This document shows, in pieces, positions 55,484-64,000 of a stretch of DNA of 64,000 nt. Source of the DNA: Candidatus Poribacteria bacterium (GTDB lineage Bacteria; Poribacteria; WGA-4E; WGA-3G); assembly GCA_965242965.1 (NCBI GenBank), contig OZ251518.1, positions 4,064,001-4,128,000 on the forward strand, in the 5' to 3' direction. A program made the translations under genes and the position numbers. The notes beneath the pieces were generated by a model, which had not been told where the DNA came from, ran no database searches, and worked only from the letters and a program-made list of their open reading frames with translations. Within the stretch, counting starts at the first letter, position 1, and each line of letters opens with the position of its first letter.

Positions 55484-57163
55484 CTACTCGCGGAGCTGCA
55501 CCAGCGTCTCCATCGCATGCTTATTCCCCGGCTCCAACTCCAACACCTTTTCAAAAGCAGCTATTGCTTCTGAGACGTTACCAAGATTCTGGTGTGCCAC
55601 TCCCAATGCGCCGTAAGCGCGGGCGTGCGCCGAGTCAAGTGCCAGCACCTTTTCAAACTGCGCCACCGCCTTTGCGTAGTGGGTTTGCGTCAAAAAGATT
55701 AAGCCGAGTCTGTAAATCGCTTGCACATCTGTTGCATCGTCAGCGATGGCGACTTTGTAGTGCGGCTCGGCTTTGACATACGCCTGTTTTTTCCAATACA
55801 CCTCGGCGAGCGCGCGATGCAACGCAGGGGTATCGGGCGTGAGCACCAACGCCTTTTGATACGCCGCGATTGCTGTCACGTTCCTCCCAAGTTGATAATA
55901 GACGCGCCCCAAATAATAGTGAACCTCCGCTGTCAAATCGGTAATCTCCGTGGGTGTCATGTCCGTTTCACTGCGGAGCAACACGTGCGCGCTCTCAAAT
56001 GCGGCGATTGCCTCGTTATACCGTTCCGTATGAAGCAACGCGATACCGTAATCCCGCCACACCTCCACATCTTTTTGCTGATGCGAGATGAGGGGTTCAA
56101 ATTCTGCGGCGGCACTTGCAAAATCGCCTTCGGACAGATAACGTCTGCCGCGTTCGGCATAGAGTGGTGCAGTCACGCCTGCGCGAAGCACCTCCCACCA
56201 GAGCGGTTCAAGTAACCGGTTGAATCGGCTGGGTTCGCGCGCTGAGGTTGCATGCCGTTTTGCCGCCGCGGTATCGCCCAAGGCGAGATGCACTTGCGCC
56301 ATCAAGGCATGCGCCTCACGCTGATGCGGGTTAATCCGAAGGGCGCGTGCCAAATGTGTCCGTGCAAGCCCCACTTGCTGTCTCGTGAAGGCAATCTCTC
56401 CAAGCCAGAGTTCCGAAAACGGATTGTCGGGTTGGAGGATATTCGCGCGGGATAGGTGGTGCTTCGCCTCCTCAAGCCGGCCAAGCACCCGTAACGCCGA
56501 GGCGAGATAGAGATGCGCCGGCACATCCCCCGCCTTCAACGCCAGCGCACGTGTGAAGGCCTGCACCGCCGTTTGCGGTTCACGCTGCACCGTCACCCTG
56601 CCGAGAAAATAGTGCCACCGGAATCCATTCGGTGCGAGACGACTCGCTTGCCGATAACACGCCACCGATGTTTCTTCCCAGCCGTGGACGAGGTAGACAT
56701 GTCCTAATTTCCCCCACGCCTCGGCATCGTCAGGCGCATCCCGAACGGCTTGCTGCGCCAGCGCGATTGCATCCAACAGCAATTTCTCCGAAACGAGATG
56801 TAGATCAGCGGGTTCCGGAATCTCAATCTCCTCGGCAGCCATAGGCATCGCGTTTATCATCATAAGCAGCAGGGTAACCCCAAACAGGCTCCCTAGGCGC
56901 GCTTTGCCTGTAGGTGAGCCCTCCCGGTCTCGATGCATGCGATTTCGGGACAGGGATGTCCCTCCTACCGCACACCCCGTAGGAGAGCCCTCCTGGTCTC
57001 GCTGCATGCGATTTCGGGACAGGGATGTCCCTCCTACCGCACACCCCGTAGGAGAGCCCTCCCGGTCTCGATGGATGCGATTTCGGGACAAGGATGTCCC
57101 TCCTACCGCACACTCCGTAGGCGAGCCCTCCTGGTCTCGATGATGCTTGTATCTGAAATTCAA
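55484..57163 (-). CDS. TPR-repeat protein; N-terminus includes an in-frame REP array if the TTG start is used
   Basis: Many TPRs (AEAWGKLGHVY, ARAYGALGVAHQNLG..EAIAAFEKVLELEP); TTG 57163 overlaps the upstream stop; alternative ATGs near 56863. Confidence 0.82.
   Translation of the reverse strand: MNFRYKHHRDQEGSPTECAVGGTSLSRNRIHRDREGSPTGCAVGGTSLSRNRMQRDQEGSPTGCAVGGTSLSRNRMHRDREGSPTGKARLGSLFGVTLLLMMINAMPMAAEEIEIPEPADLHLVSEKLLLDAIALAQQAVRDAPDDAEAWGKLGHVYLVHGWEETSVACYRQASRLAPNGFRWHYFLGRVTVQREPQTAVQAFTRALALKAGDVPAHLYLASALRVLGRLEEAKHHLSRANILQPDNPFSELWLGEIAFTRQQVGLARTHLARALRINPHQREAHALMAQVHLALGDTAAAKRHATSAREPSRFNRLLEPLWWEVLRAGVTAPLYAERGRRYLSEGDFASAAAEFEPLISHQQKDVEVWRDYGIALLHTERYNEAIAAFESAHVLLRSETDMTPTEITDLTAEVHYYLGRVYYQLGRNVTAIAAYQKALVLTPDTPALHRALAEVYWKKQAYVKAEPHYKVAIADDATDVQAIYRLGLIFLTQTHYAKAVAQFEKVLALDSAHARAYGALGVAHQNLGNVSEAIAAFEKVLELEPGNKHAMETLVQLRE
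56909..57142. repeat. About 3.4 tandem 69-bp REP-doublet units
   Basis: Translates on the minus strand as repeated 23-aa units (H/Q)RD(Q/R)EGSPT(E/G)CAVGGTSLSRNR(I/M). Confidence 0.9.
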
Positions 57164-58896
57164 AACGGTTCCCCCTCTCCCTGAACAACTATCACCCGTT
57201 GATTGACAGCCGCACCGCGAAATTGTTCACGACGGCCATCAGGCCACCGCACCTCAATCGCTTGAATTGCATCAGTAGTGCCCAATCCGAAATGCACACT
57301 CGGTTCGCTGCTGCTAAGATAACTGCTATTCGGCAGCACGAAGCCGGTGTAAACCTGCGATGCTTTTCCGCCGATTTTAATCGTCACCTGTGCGCCGAGG
57401 GCATCTCGGTTTTGAGCCATCGCGCGCACGAGAAGCCAGTTGTGTTTGGGTGGCGGCGCATCGTTTCGGAAAACGCGAAGACGATTGTCAAGCATGGTGA
57501 CGACGATGTCTAAATCGCCATCTCTATCAATATCGCCGAAAGCCGCGCCGCGGCTCACCTCAATCTGTCCTGTGAAATCTGATGCCCGCGAACTGACATC
57601 GGTGAAAATAGGTAGCTCTGCCTGTCCGCCGTTCCGAGAATTCTGAAACAGCAGATTCGGTTCGGCATAAAATCCCCAGAATTCCCCCGCGTTCTTGCCT
57701 TCACTGACAGGAATGACAGGCATGACAGGCCCGCGTTTCACTCTACCGTTAACGACAGCAATATCCACATCTGCATCGTTGTCAAAATCGATGAACCCAC
57801 AGCCAAATCCTGTGAACGGCACATCGCGTCCAGCAAACCCGACGACTTCTGTCATATCCATGAAAGTCGCGCCTGACGCACCGCCGATATAGAGGGTGTT
57901 CGTCTCATCGGTTAAGTGCGTTACAAACAGCTCCGGGTGCGTGTCGCCGTTGACATCCCCGACAGCGATGCCCATGCTCCCCTCCGGTTGTCCGTAGGTG
58001 TTGAAGGCGAGTCCTCGCAAAATAGCCTCCTCGGTAAACGTGTTATCCTTTTGGTTCTTTTGGTTTACCCAAAGTTGATTCGCCTCTCCATCGTTAGCGA
58101 CGTAGAAATCGCTCCAGCCATCTCCCGTTAAATCGAGGCAGACGACACCGAGCCCGCGCCCCGGAGCCCCCGCGATGCCGACTTGTTCTGTCATGTCCGT
58201 GAAAGTGCCATCGCCGTTATTGAGGAAGAACCTGTCTGGGGCAGGAGGAAACCTTTGCGGATTGCAGTAATCTCGCGCGCCGTGTTTGCCTCGACAAATC
58301 GCCGCCGCGTCAAATTGAACATAGTTTGCCACGTAGAGATCGAGGTATCCGTCCCTGTTGACATCGCCAAACGCTGCGGATGTCCCCCATGCATCGTTGG
58401 AAAGTCCAACGGACTCTAACGTGAAAGTGCCATCGCCGTTATTGCGATAGAAAGCATCCGGTCCGAAGTTTGTCACGTAGACATCGGCATCGCCATCGTT
58501 ATCTACATCGCCGATAGCCACGCCTTGGCCGTATCCCGGATGCCCAATCGCGGCGGTTTCTGTGACATCAACGAACGTTCCATCGGATTGTTGCCGGTAT
58601 AGCCGATTCGGCGCGGGCATGTCTGACTGCCCGGGCGGCGGAAATCGGATATGCAGGATATCCAGCGCGCCATCGCCATTGAAATCAAATAGCGCAACAC
58701 CGCTTCCAATGACTTCGTGGAGCGCGTAAGTGCCGGCAGGCCACAAAGCATCCGTTTGCCGAAAGCCGAGTTCCGTGGTTATTTCAACAAACAGCGGCGC
58801 GTCCGATGCCGCTTGGCTTGCGCATACCACTATCGCGGCGATAATCAATGCGAGCGCGTAGCGTTTAAACACGTTATTTTCTCCGAACGTTCTCAT
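57160..58896 (-). CDS. CRTAC1-family FG-GAP + ASPIC/UnbV protein
   Basis: IGSGVALFDFNGDG, WGTSAAFGDVNRDGYLDLYVANY, SRGAAFGDIDRDGDLD, NRDALGAQV, VHFGLG...EVRWPDG. Start may be GTG 58872, which has a GGAG SD. Confidence 0.9.
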   Translation of the reverse strand: MRTFGENNVFKRYALALIIAAIVVCASQAASDAPLFVEITTELGFRQTDALWPAGTYALHEVIGSGVALFDFNGDGALDILHIRFPPPGQSDMPAPNRLYRQQSDGTFVDVTETAAIGHPGYGQGVAIGDVDNDGDADVYVTNFGPDAFYRNNGDGTFTLESVGLSNDAWGTSAAFGDVNRDGYLDLYVANYVQFDAAAICRGKHGARDYCNPQRFPPAPDRFFLNNGDGTFTDMTEQVGIAGAPGRGLGVVCLDLTGDGWSDFYVANDGEANQLWVNQKNQKDNTFTEEAILRGLAFNTYGQPEGSMGIAVGDVNGDTHPELFVTHLTDETNTLYIGGASGATFMDMTEVVGFAGRDVPFTGFGCGFIDFDNDADVDIAVVNGRVKRGPVMPVIPVSEGKNAGEFWGFYAEPNLLFQNSRNGGQAELPIFTDVSSRASDFTGQIEVSRGAAFGDIDRDGDLDIVVTMLDNRLRVFRNDAPPPKHNWLLVRAMAQNRDALGAQVTIKIGGKASQVYTGFVLPNSSYLSSSEPSVHFGLGTTDAIQAIEVRWPDGRREQFRGAAVNQRVIVVQGEGEPF

Positions 58897-58904
58897 TTTC
58901 CTAG

Positions 58905-59178
58905 AGCATCGAGACACCAAGAAGGCATCGAGACCAGGAGGTCTCTCCTACGGTGTCTCTTCGGTAGGAGGGACATCCCTGTCCCGAAACCGGAACATCG
59001 TGTGCGGTAGGAGGGACATCCCTGTCCCGAAACCGCATGCATCGAGACCAGGAGGTCTCTCCTACGGTGTCTCTTCGGTAGGAGGGACATCCCTGTCCCG
59101 AAATCGGGACATCGTGTGCGGTAGGAGGGACATCCCTGTCCCGAAATCGATGCATCGAGACCCGGAGGACTCTCCTAC
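58905..59178. repeat. Tandem REP array
   Basis: Four GTAGGAGGGACATCCCTGTCCCGA and three inverted TCGAGACC.GGAGG..TCTCCTAC. Confidence 0.88.
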
Positions 59179-59309
59179 CGGGACATTTTTTCTTGCATAA
59201 AAACGTTCCATCGTGTATCATATATAGCACAGGATTTACGCAGCCGAATGAGAGATTCTGGCATTTGCGTCCGTCCTGTATCATATAGACTCTGGAAAAG
59301 GAGAACATC

Positions 59310-60155
59310 ATGAAAGCGAAATTCACGTTTTTGGCAATCGCTCTCGTTGTGCTGCTGTGCCTCCCCACGGCGGTGCTCGCGCAACAGACGATAGAACTTC
59401 CACCAAACGCGGTAAATGGCGGCGGAAAACTTGTCTTGGACTCCCCCACGCGGTTGGGGATAACTCCTACAGCGTTGCAGGAAATCTCGGCGGCTCTCGC
59501 CAGGAGCGCGACGATTGAGTTGCTGAAACCCGCAGATTCTACTGCGCAGCCGAAAGACCTGGTTATCACCAAGGTCAGTTGGGAACGCGAGATGCGTACA
59601 GAATTCCACGAACTTATAGTTGGCGACTCTGAGCACCGAGTGTCGTATATTATCAAGGGACAACCGGAACCGATTCTAATTGTGCTTCACAACACGACGA
59701 AGAGTCGCATCGATTTGCAGGGCTGGCAGCTGCGGGTAACGCCCGATGCTATTCCTGATGAAACCGATAGGGTTATTGACAGGATGAGCAGCGTTGACAT
59801 TGAGTTTGCGCCAAGTTTCTGGTTGGAGGTCTCTGATGAAACCCTGGCAGAAGGACTTACGCAAGACACCGTCCTAGTGCCGCATAAATTTTCAATCTCG
59901 CGCGAGATAGACTACGCGCGCATCAACGACCCGGGTAAGACGCGGACAGAGCAGTTACGCGGTATCCCGGATGGCATCGATGCTGAGAGTTGGAAAGCCA
60001 GTTCGGGATTTGAAGCCGAAATGGTTGAGATGCACAACGGGCTCGTGAATGGCTGGATCGAGTTGCGCAGTGCTAACGATGAACCGATTGACTTCAAAAA
60101 GTGGATCCGGGTGGTGCGGCCTAAGGCAGATGGAACGTTCATTGAAGATCGTTAG
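59310..60155 (+). CDS. Secreted hypothetical protein, possibly lamin-tail-like fold
   Basis: Signal peptide; LVITKV...LHNTTKSRIDLQGWQL and WIELRSANDEPIDFKKW resemble LTD patterns; SD AAGGAG. Confidence 0.6.
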   Translation: MKAKFTFLAIALVVLLCLPTAVLAQQTIELPPNAVNGGGKLVLDSPTRLGITPTALQEISAALARSATIELLKPADSTAQPKDLVITKVSWEREMRTEFHELIVGDSEHRVSYIIKGQPEPILIVLHNTTKSRIDLQGWQLRVTPDAIPDETDRVIDRMSSVDIEFAPSFWLEVSDETLAEGLTQDTVLVPHKFSISREIDYARINDPGKTRTEQLRGIPDGIDAESWKASSGFEAEMVEMHNGLVNGWIELRSANDEPIDFKKWIRVVRPKADGTFIEDR

Positions 60156-60159
60156 TTAT

Positions 60160-60400
60160 GCGAGGGACAGGTCCCTTTATACCGTAGGCGCGGGCCTGTC
60201 CCGCGCCATTGCCCGATTTACCGTAGGGCGCGGGCCTGTCCCGCGCCATGCATTTGGCTGGCAGACCGCCTCACCCCTGTAAGTCAGGATCGCCTGATCC
60301 TGACCCGATCGGGAGCAGGCGCTCCCGAACTACAGATTTATACCGTCACCAACGTTTCCGCGCTGGTCGTGCGATCGCGAGGGACAGGCCCTCGCGCTAC
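60160..60400. repeat. REP cluster between convergent genes
   Basis: GTAG(G)GCGCGGGCCTGTCCCGCGCC twice, double hairpin at 60279-60333. Confidence 0.8.
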
Positions 60401-60456
60401 GAAACACGGGCGTTTCCGCGCCCATCGCGCATTCGCGAGGGTCCGTTTTTCCAACC

Positions 60457-61539
60457 CTACGTCAAATCTAACACACTCCGCGCGACTTCCCCTCTCCCCA
60501 ATGCCTCAAACGCATCGTTAATCCCCTCCAGCGGATAGGTGCGCGTGACAAGCTCATCTAACTTAAGATGTCCGGCTTGATAGAGGGATACCAAACGCGG
60601 GAAATCGACATGCGGACGCGCCGTGCCATACATCGAACCGATAACCGTCTTCTCTGCCATCAGCATCCGCGCATCGAAATCGACAGGCGTGTTCTCTGGC
60701 GCATGCCCGACGAAGACTGTCACGCCGCGGCTGCGCGTGCAGAGAATAGCTTGACGGAACGTCTCGCCGATTAACCCGATTGCCTCAAACGCGTAATGCA
60801 CACCACGTCCATCGGTAATGTCACGAATCTTTTCGACCGGGGATACTTCCGCGGCGTTCACGGTATGCGTCGCACCGAACTGCTTGCCCAATGCCAGTTT
60901 GTTGTCCAGCACATCAACGGCAATGAGCGGGTCCGCGCCTGACAGGCTCGCGCCTTGAATGCAATTAAGCCCAACACCGCCGCAGCCGAACACCGCCACT
61001 GAACTTCCCGGCTCAACCTGCGCGGTATTAATCGCCGCGCCGACACCTGTCATCACGCCGCAGCCGATGAGCGCGGCTTGCCGGAACGGCATCGCTTTAT
61101 CAATCGGCACAACTGCGTCTTGCGGCACCAAAGTCTCGGTGCTAAACGTGCCCAACCCCGCCATCTTGTCGATCTCGCCGCCATCTGCTTGCTTGGCTGG
61201 GCGGCCGGAGTTATCGGAAGGTAACGCGCACAGATTCGGGAACCCCTTCTGGCACATCTCACAGAACCCGCAGTTCCGCTTCCACGAGAGGATAACGTGG
61301 TCCCCGACTTGGACTTGCGTGACTTCACTCCCGATTTCTTCGACAATGCCCGCGCCTTCATGCCCCAAGATAAGCGGGAGGCCGACGTGCGGCCATTCGC
61401 CTTTGACGATGTGCCAATCGGAATGGCAGACACCGCTGGCCACCAAGCGCACGCGCACCTGATTCGCACCCGTATCGGGTAAGTCAAACTCTTCGATTTT
61501 CAAGTGTGTCTCAATGTCATACAACACAGCGGCTTTCAT
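60457..61539 (-). CDS. Zn-dependent alcohol dehydrogenase (class III-like MDR)
   Basis: GVCHSD, GHEGAG, CGFCEMC......C, GCGVMTG, GCGGVG; SD GGAGG. Confidence 0.93.
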   Translation of the reverse strand: MKAAVLYDIETHLKIEEFDLPDTGANQVRVRLVASGVCHSDWHIVKGEWPHVGLPLILGHEGAGIVEEIGSEVTQVQVGDHVILSWKRNCGFCEMCQKGFPNLCALPSDNSGRPAKQADGGEIDKMAGLGTFSTETLVPQDAVVPIDKAMPFRQAALIGCGVMTGVGAAINTAQVEPGSSVAVFGCGGVGLNCIQGASLSGADPLIAVDVLDNKLALGKQFGATHTVNAAEVSPVEKIRDITDGRGVHYAFEAIGLIGETFRQAILCTRSRGVTVFVGHAPENTPVDFDARMLMAEKTVIGSMYGTARPHVDFPRLVSLYQAGHLKLDELVTRTYPLEGINDAFEALGRGEVARSVLDLT

Positions 61540-61597
61540 GATTTTCCTCCATTTCGGAATGGCTTGGGGGTATTATACCAAATTTGGAAAAATAAAT

Positions 61598-61626
61598 TTG
61601 ACAAATTTGGTGAAAAATGGTATTAT
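61598..61626 (+). promoter_or_regulatory. sigma70-type promoter facing the LRR gene
   Basis: TTGACA-N17-TATTAT. Confidence 0.6.
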
Positions 61627-61647
61627 TTTAATAGATTATGAATTTTT

Positions 61648-62140
61648 AAGCGCGGGGGCCTGTCCTCCGCGATAAAACGCCCATGGCCCGTAGCGCGGGG
61701 GCCTGTCCCCCGCGATCGTTGGAGTGCGCGGGCATGAACGATGGCGAGGGACAGGCCCCTCGCCCTACGGTAAAACAGGCCGTCCCGGATACCGTAGCGC
61801 GGGGGCCTGTCCCCCGCGATCGTCATCGTCACGAGGCATCGTTTTAGGTCCTACGGACCTAAGAACCGTTTTTAATCGTAGCGCGGGGGCCTGTCCCCCG
61901 CGATCGTTGGAGTGCACGGAGGATGGAGAGGGACAGGCCCTCACGCTACGGGCCACGCGGAGATCGAGAGATCGCGAGGGACAGGCCCTCGCGCTACGGA
62001 GCCCGAGGACGATTTCTTACGCCGAAAACGTAGTTCGGGAGCGCCTGCTCCCGAACGGATCAAGAGCAGGCGCTCTTGAACTACAGATGCTACGGGCATT
62101 TTATATCAATGCAACGCGAGGGACAGGCCCTCGCGCTACG
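61648..62140. repeat. REP cluster
   Basis: At least eight CCTGT-loop hairpins and a double hairpin at 62030-62084. Confidence 0.85.
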
Positions 62141-62200
62141 AAACGCGAAAACGATTTCTGTTGGATAACCCACTCGTGAATACGAGATAGGAGATACACT

Positions 62201-64000
62201 ATGAAGATCCGAATTGCTATTGACGCTGCTATGAAACACGCCGCGCGCATACCGGTTGCCGCCTTGCAGGCTAGCCGCGAGGCAGTCAGTCGACTTAACC
62301 CCCCCTTTACTCTATACACGTTAACCCCAAACCCCACAAGGCAACATCGGCGTTCTTCCGGAGATTCCGTCCATGAACGCCGGACTGCCGTCAACATCCG
62401 CTTACCCGGTAACGTCGGCGTTCTTCTGGCGTTGGCGGTAATTGCGTTCTCCTGTTGCTGGATCCCTGTGGCTTCCGCAGATATGCATGATGACGGCGAA
62501 CCAGTGGATATCCCAGATCCTGTTTTAAAAAAGTGGGTGCTGGACCGGCCCAACGTTAATCCGGATAATCTTCCGTCGTATAATATCACGCGAGGAGACA
62601 TCAGGAGCTTAGAAACTCCGGAGAGTTGGCTACCAGATGAAACCATACTACGGATTCGTGTGGCGGCTGGTGCACCTGCAAACGAGCGTATCAAGGACTT
62701 AACCGGGCTAGAATACGCGACACAGGTGACCGCATTATGGCTCCATTATCATGCCGTTAGCGACCTCTCGCCTATTGAAGGTCTGACAGGTTTGAGGCGT
62801 TTAGCTCTCAGTGGTAATGAGATTCGCGACCTCACACCGCTCCGAAACCTGACAAATTTGACGACTTTAGAGCTCGCTGGTAATGATATTCGCGACCTCT
62901 CGCCGCTCCGAAACCTGACAAATTTGACGACTTTATATGTCGACGAGAATGATATTCGCGACACCTCGCCGCTTGGAACACTGACAAGTTTAACCACGTT
63001 ACACCTCAATGATAATGAAAATCTTGGTGCGAACCTTGCTGGACTCAGAAATCTGACGAATCTGAAATCCTTATGGATGCTATCTATCAACGCACGTGAC
63101 ATTCAGCCGCTTAAAGGGCTGACGAAGTTGGACACCCTCATGGCCTATAATAACCAAATCCGAGATCTCTCACCGCTCAGCGGCTTGAAAAATCTGAGGA
63201 CTTTGAACATTGCGGCTAATGGCATTCGTGATATTTCGCCGCTCACGGAGTTGACGTTCGAGAGTCTATACTTCAAAGGGGACTCAGATGAGCCCCACCA
63301 TCGTAGCAAGTTACTGAGTTACCCATCACTCTACACGTATCTTCCCATCATTCTAACTAACAATCCGGGGCTACAGGCACCACATCCTTTCCGGCCCCCT
63401 AACTATCGCGTTCCGACAACCCTAGTAAGCGTCTCTGACGAGAGTCACACCGTTGGGCTTGACGAGTCGCTGCAGCTCGTCGTGAAGGTGCTTGATGAAA
63501 ACAGCATACGGTTCGCGGGGGTGCCGGTGGTGTTCGCGTTGACAGAGGGAGAGGGAACTTTGGAACCAACGGAGGGAGCGGCACTGGATCCGACATACAA
63601 CCTCCGGTACGATGAGGAAGGGGAGGCGACTACGACCTTTACGCCGGGGAGCCGTCTTGGACAGCACATCGTGGTGGCAACGGTAACCCACGAGGAGACA
63701 ACGCTTGAAGTGGTCTTCACCATCAACGTGTTGCCCGGTGCCTCCCCTCCCGATGCGCCGATGTTATCCACAACAGGTCCCGCCTTGCCGACAAGTTTGC
63801 AGGTGAGTTGGGCTGCGCCGGTGTATGCTGTCGAAGGCTATGAGTTCCGCTATCGCATCGAAGGCAGCGAGGCATGGATAGATGCTGTCGTTGAGGGGAC
63901 AGAGACAAGTGCCACGCTCAGCGATTTAATCCCCGGCACCACTTATGAGTGGCAAGTGCGGGCGCAGACAAGCGTTGGTCCCGGCCCCTGGTCGGCGGTT
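62201..64000 (+). CDS. Large surface protein: internalin-like LRRs + Ig-like domain + fibronectin type III (3' end outside window)
   Basis: Manual translation (not in ORF track): VDIPDPVL...IKDLTGLEYAT, repeated LxLxGNxIRDLSPLxNLTNL, LVVKVLDEN...AGVPVVFALTEGEGTL, SLQVSWAAP...YEFRYR...LSDLIPGTTYEWQVRA; SD AGGAG. Confidence 0.9.
   Translation, partial: MKIRIAIDAAMKHAARIPVAALQASREAVSRLNPPFTLYTLTPNPTRQHRRSSGDSVHERRTAVNIRLPGNVGVLLALAVIAFSCCWIPVASADMHDDGEPVDIPDPVLKKWVLDRPNVNPDNLPSYNITRGDIRSLETPESWLPDETILRIRVAAGAPANERIKDLTGLEYATQVTALWLHYHAVSDLSPIEGLTGLRRLALSGNEIRDLTPLRNLTNLTTLELAGNDIRDLSPLRNLTNLTTLYVDENDIRDTSPLGTLTSLTTLHLNDNENLGANLAGLRNLTNLKSLWMLSINARDIQPLKGLTKLDTLMAYNNQIRDLSPLSGLKNLRTLNIAANGIRDISPLTELTFESLYFKGDSDEPHHRSKLLSYPSLYTYLPIILTNNPGLQAPHPFRPPNYRVPTTLVSVSDESHTVGLDESLQLVVKVLDENSIRFAGVPVVFALTEGEGTLEPTEGAALDPTYNLRYDEEGEATTTFTPGSRLGQHIVVATVTHEETTLEVVFTINVLPGASPPDAPMLSTTGPALPTSLQVSWAAPVYAVEGYEFRYRIEGSEAWIDAVVEGTETSATLSDLIPGTTYEWQVRAQTSVGPGPWSAV

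Noticed and set aside
59209-59290. Two TGTATCATATA boxes upstream of the 59310 gene
   Set aside because: Could be operators or -10 elements, but two short copies are too little to assign.
1-64000. tRNA, rRNA, transposase, integrase or reverse transcriptase genes
   Set aside because: None recognised by inspection; tRNAscan-SE, Infernal and HMM searches would be needed to exclude them formally.

Overview
A 64-kb bacterial chromosomal window, most likely Candidatus Poribacteria (inferred from the LamG/NPCBM proteins with an AVEPxxKxxxxWGxLK tail and the ASPIC/FG-GAP, NHL, kelch and internalin-like LRR proteins). Housekeeping genes are pyrB, pyrD, gatB, nadB, valS, hpf, rpoN, lptABC, a lipid A acyltransferase, fpr and potA. 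They are interspersed with accessory genes: an MvaI/BcnI-type RM pair, a frameshifted aspartic-protease module, a Fic gene, a single-chain Type IIG/ISP-like RM enzyme, and four tandem ~1.66-kb AAA-ATPase/PD-(D/E)XK nuclease paralogs. Those four are mosaic and differ mainly in one ~140-aa block, and they are the best candidate for an undescribed diversified defence system. The intergenic DNA is full of GTAG-initiated REP-like hairpins from several families. These show compensatory base changes, a hairpin nested in a loop, carriage in a MITE with terminal repeats and target duplication, a captured 48-bp copy of a neighbouring gene, and an in-frame insertion into a signal peptide. Other notable items are a triple promoter with a leader peptide and switchable RNA, a duplicated internally-started C-terminal module, and a ~75-aa insertion in sigma-54. 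I saw no tRNA, rRNA, CRISPR array, transposase, integrase or reverse transcriptase. All calls come from reading the sequence by eye; no database searches or folding programs were run.
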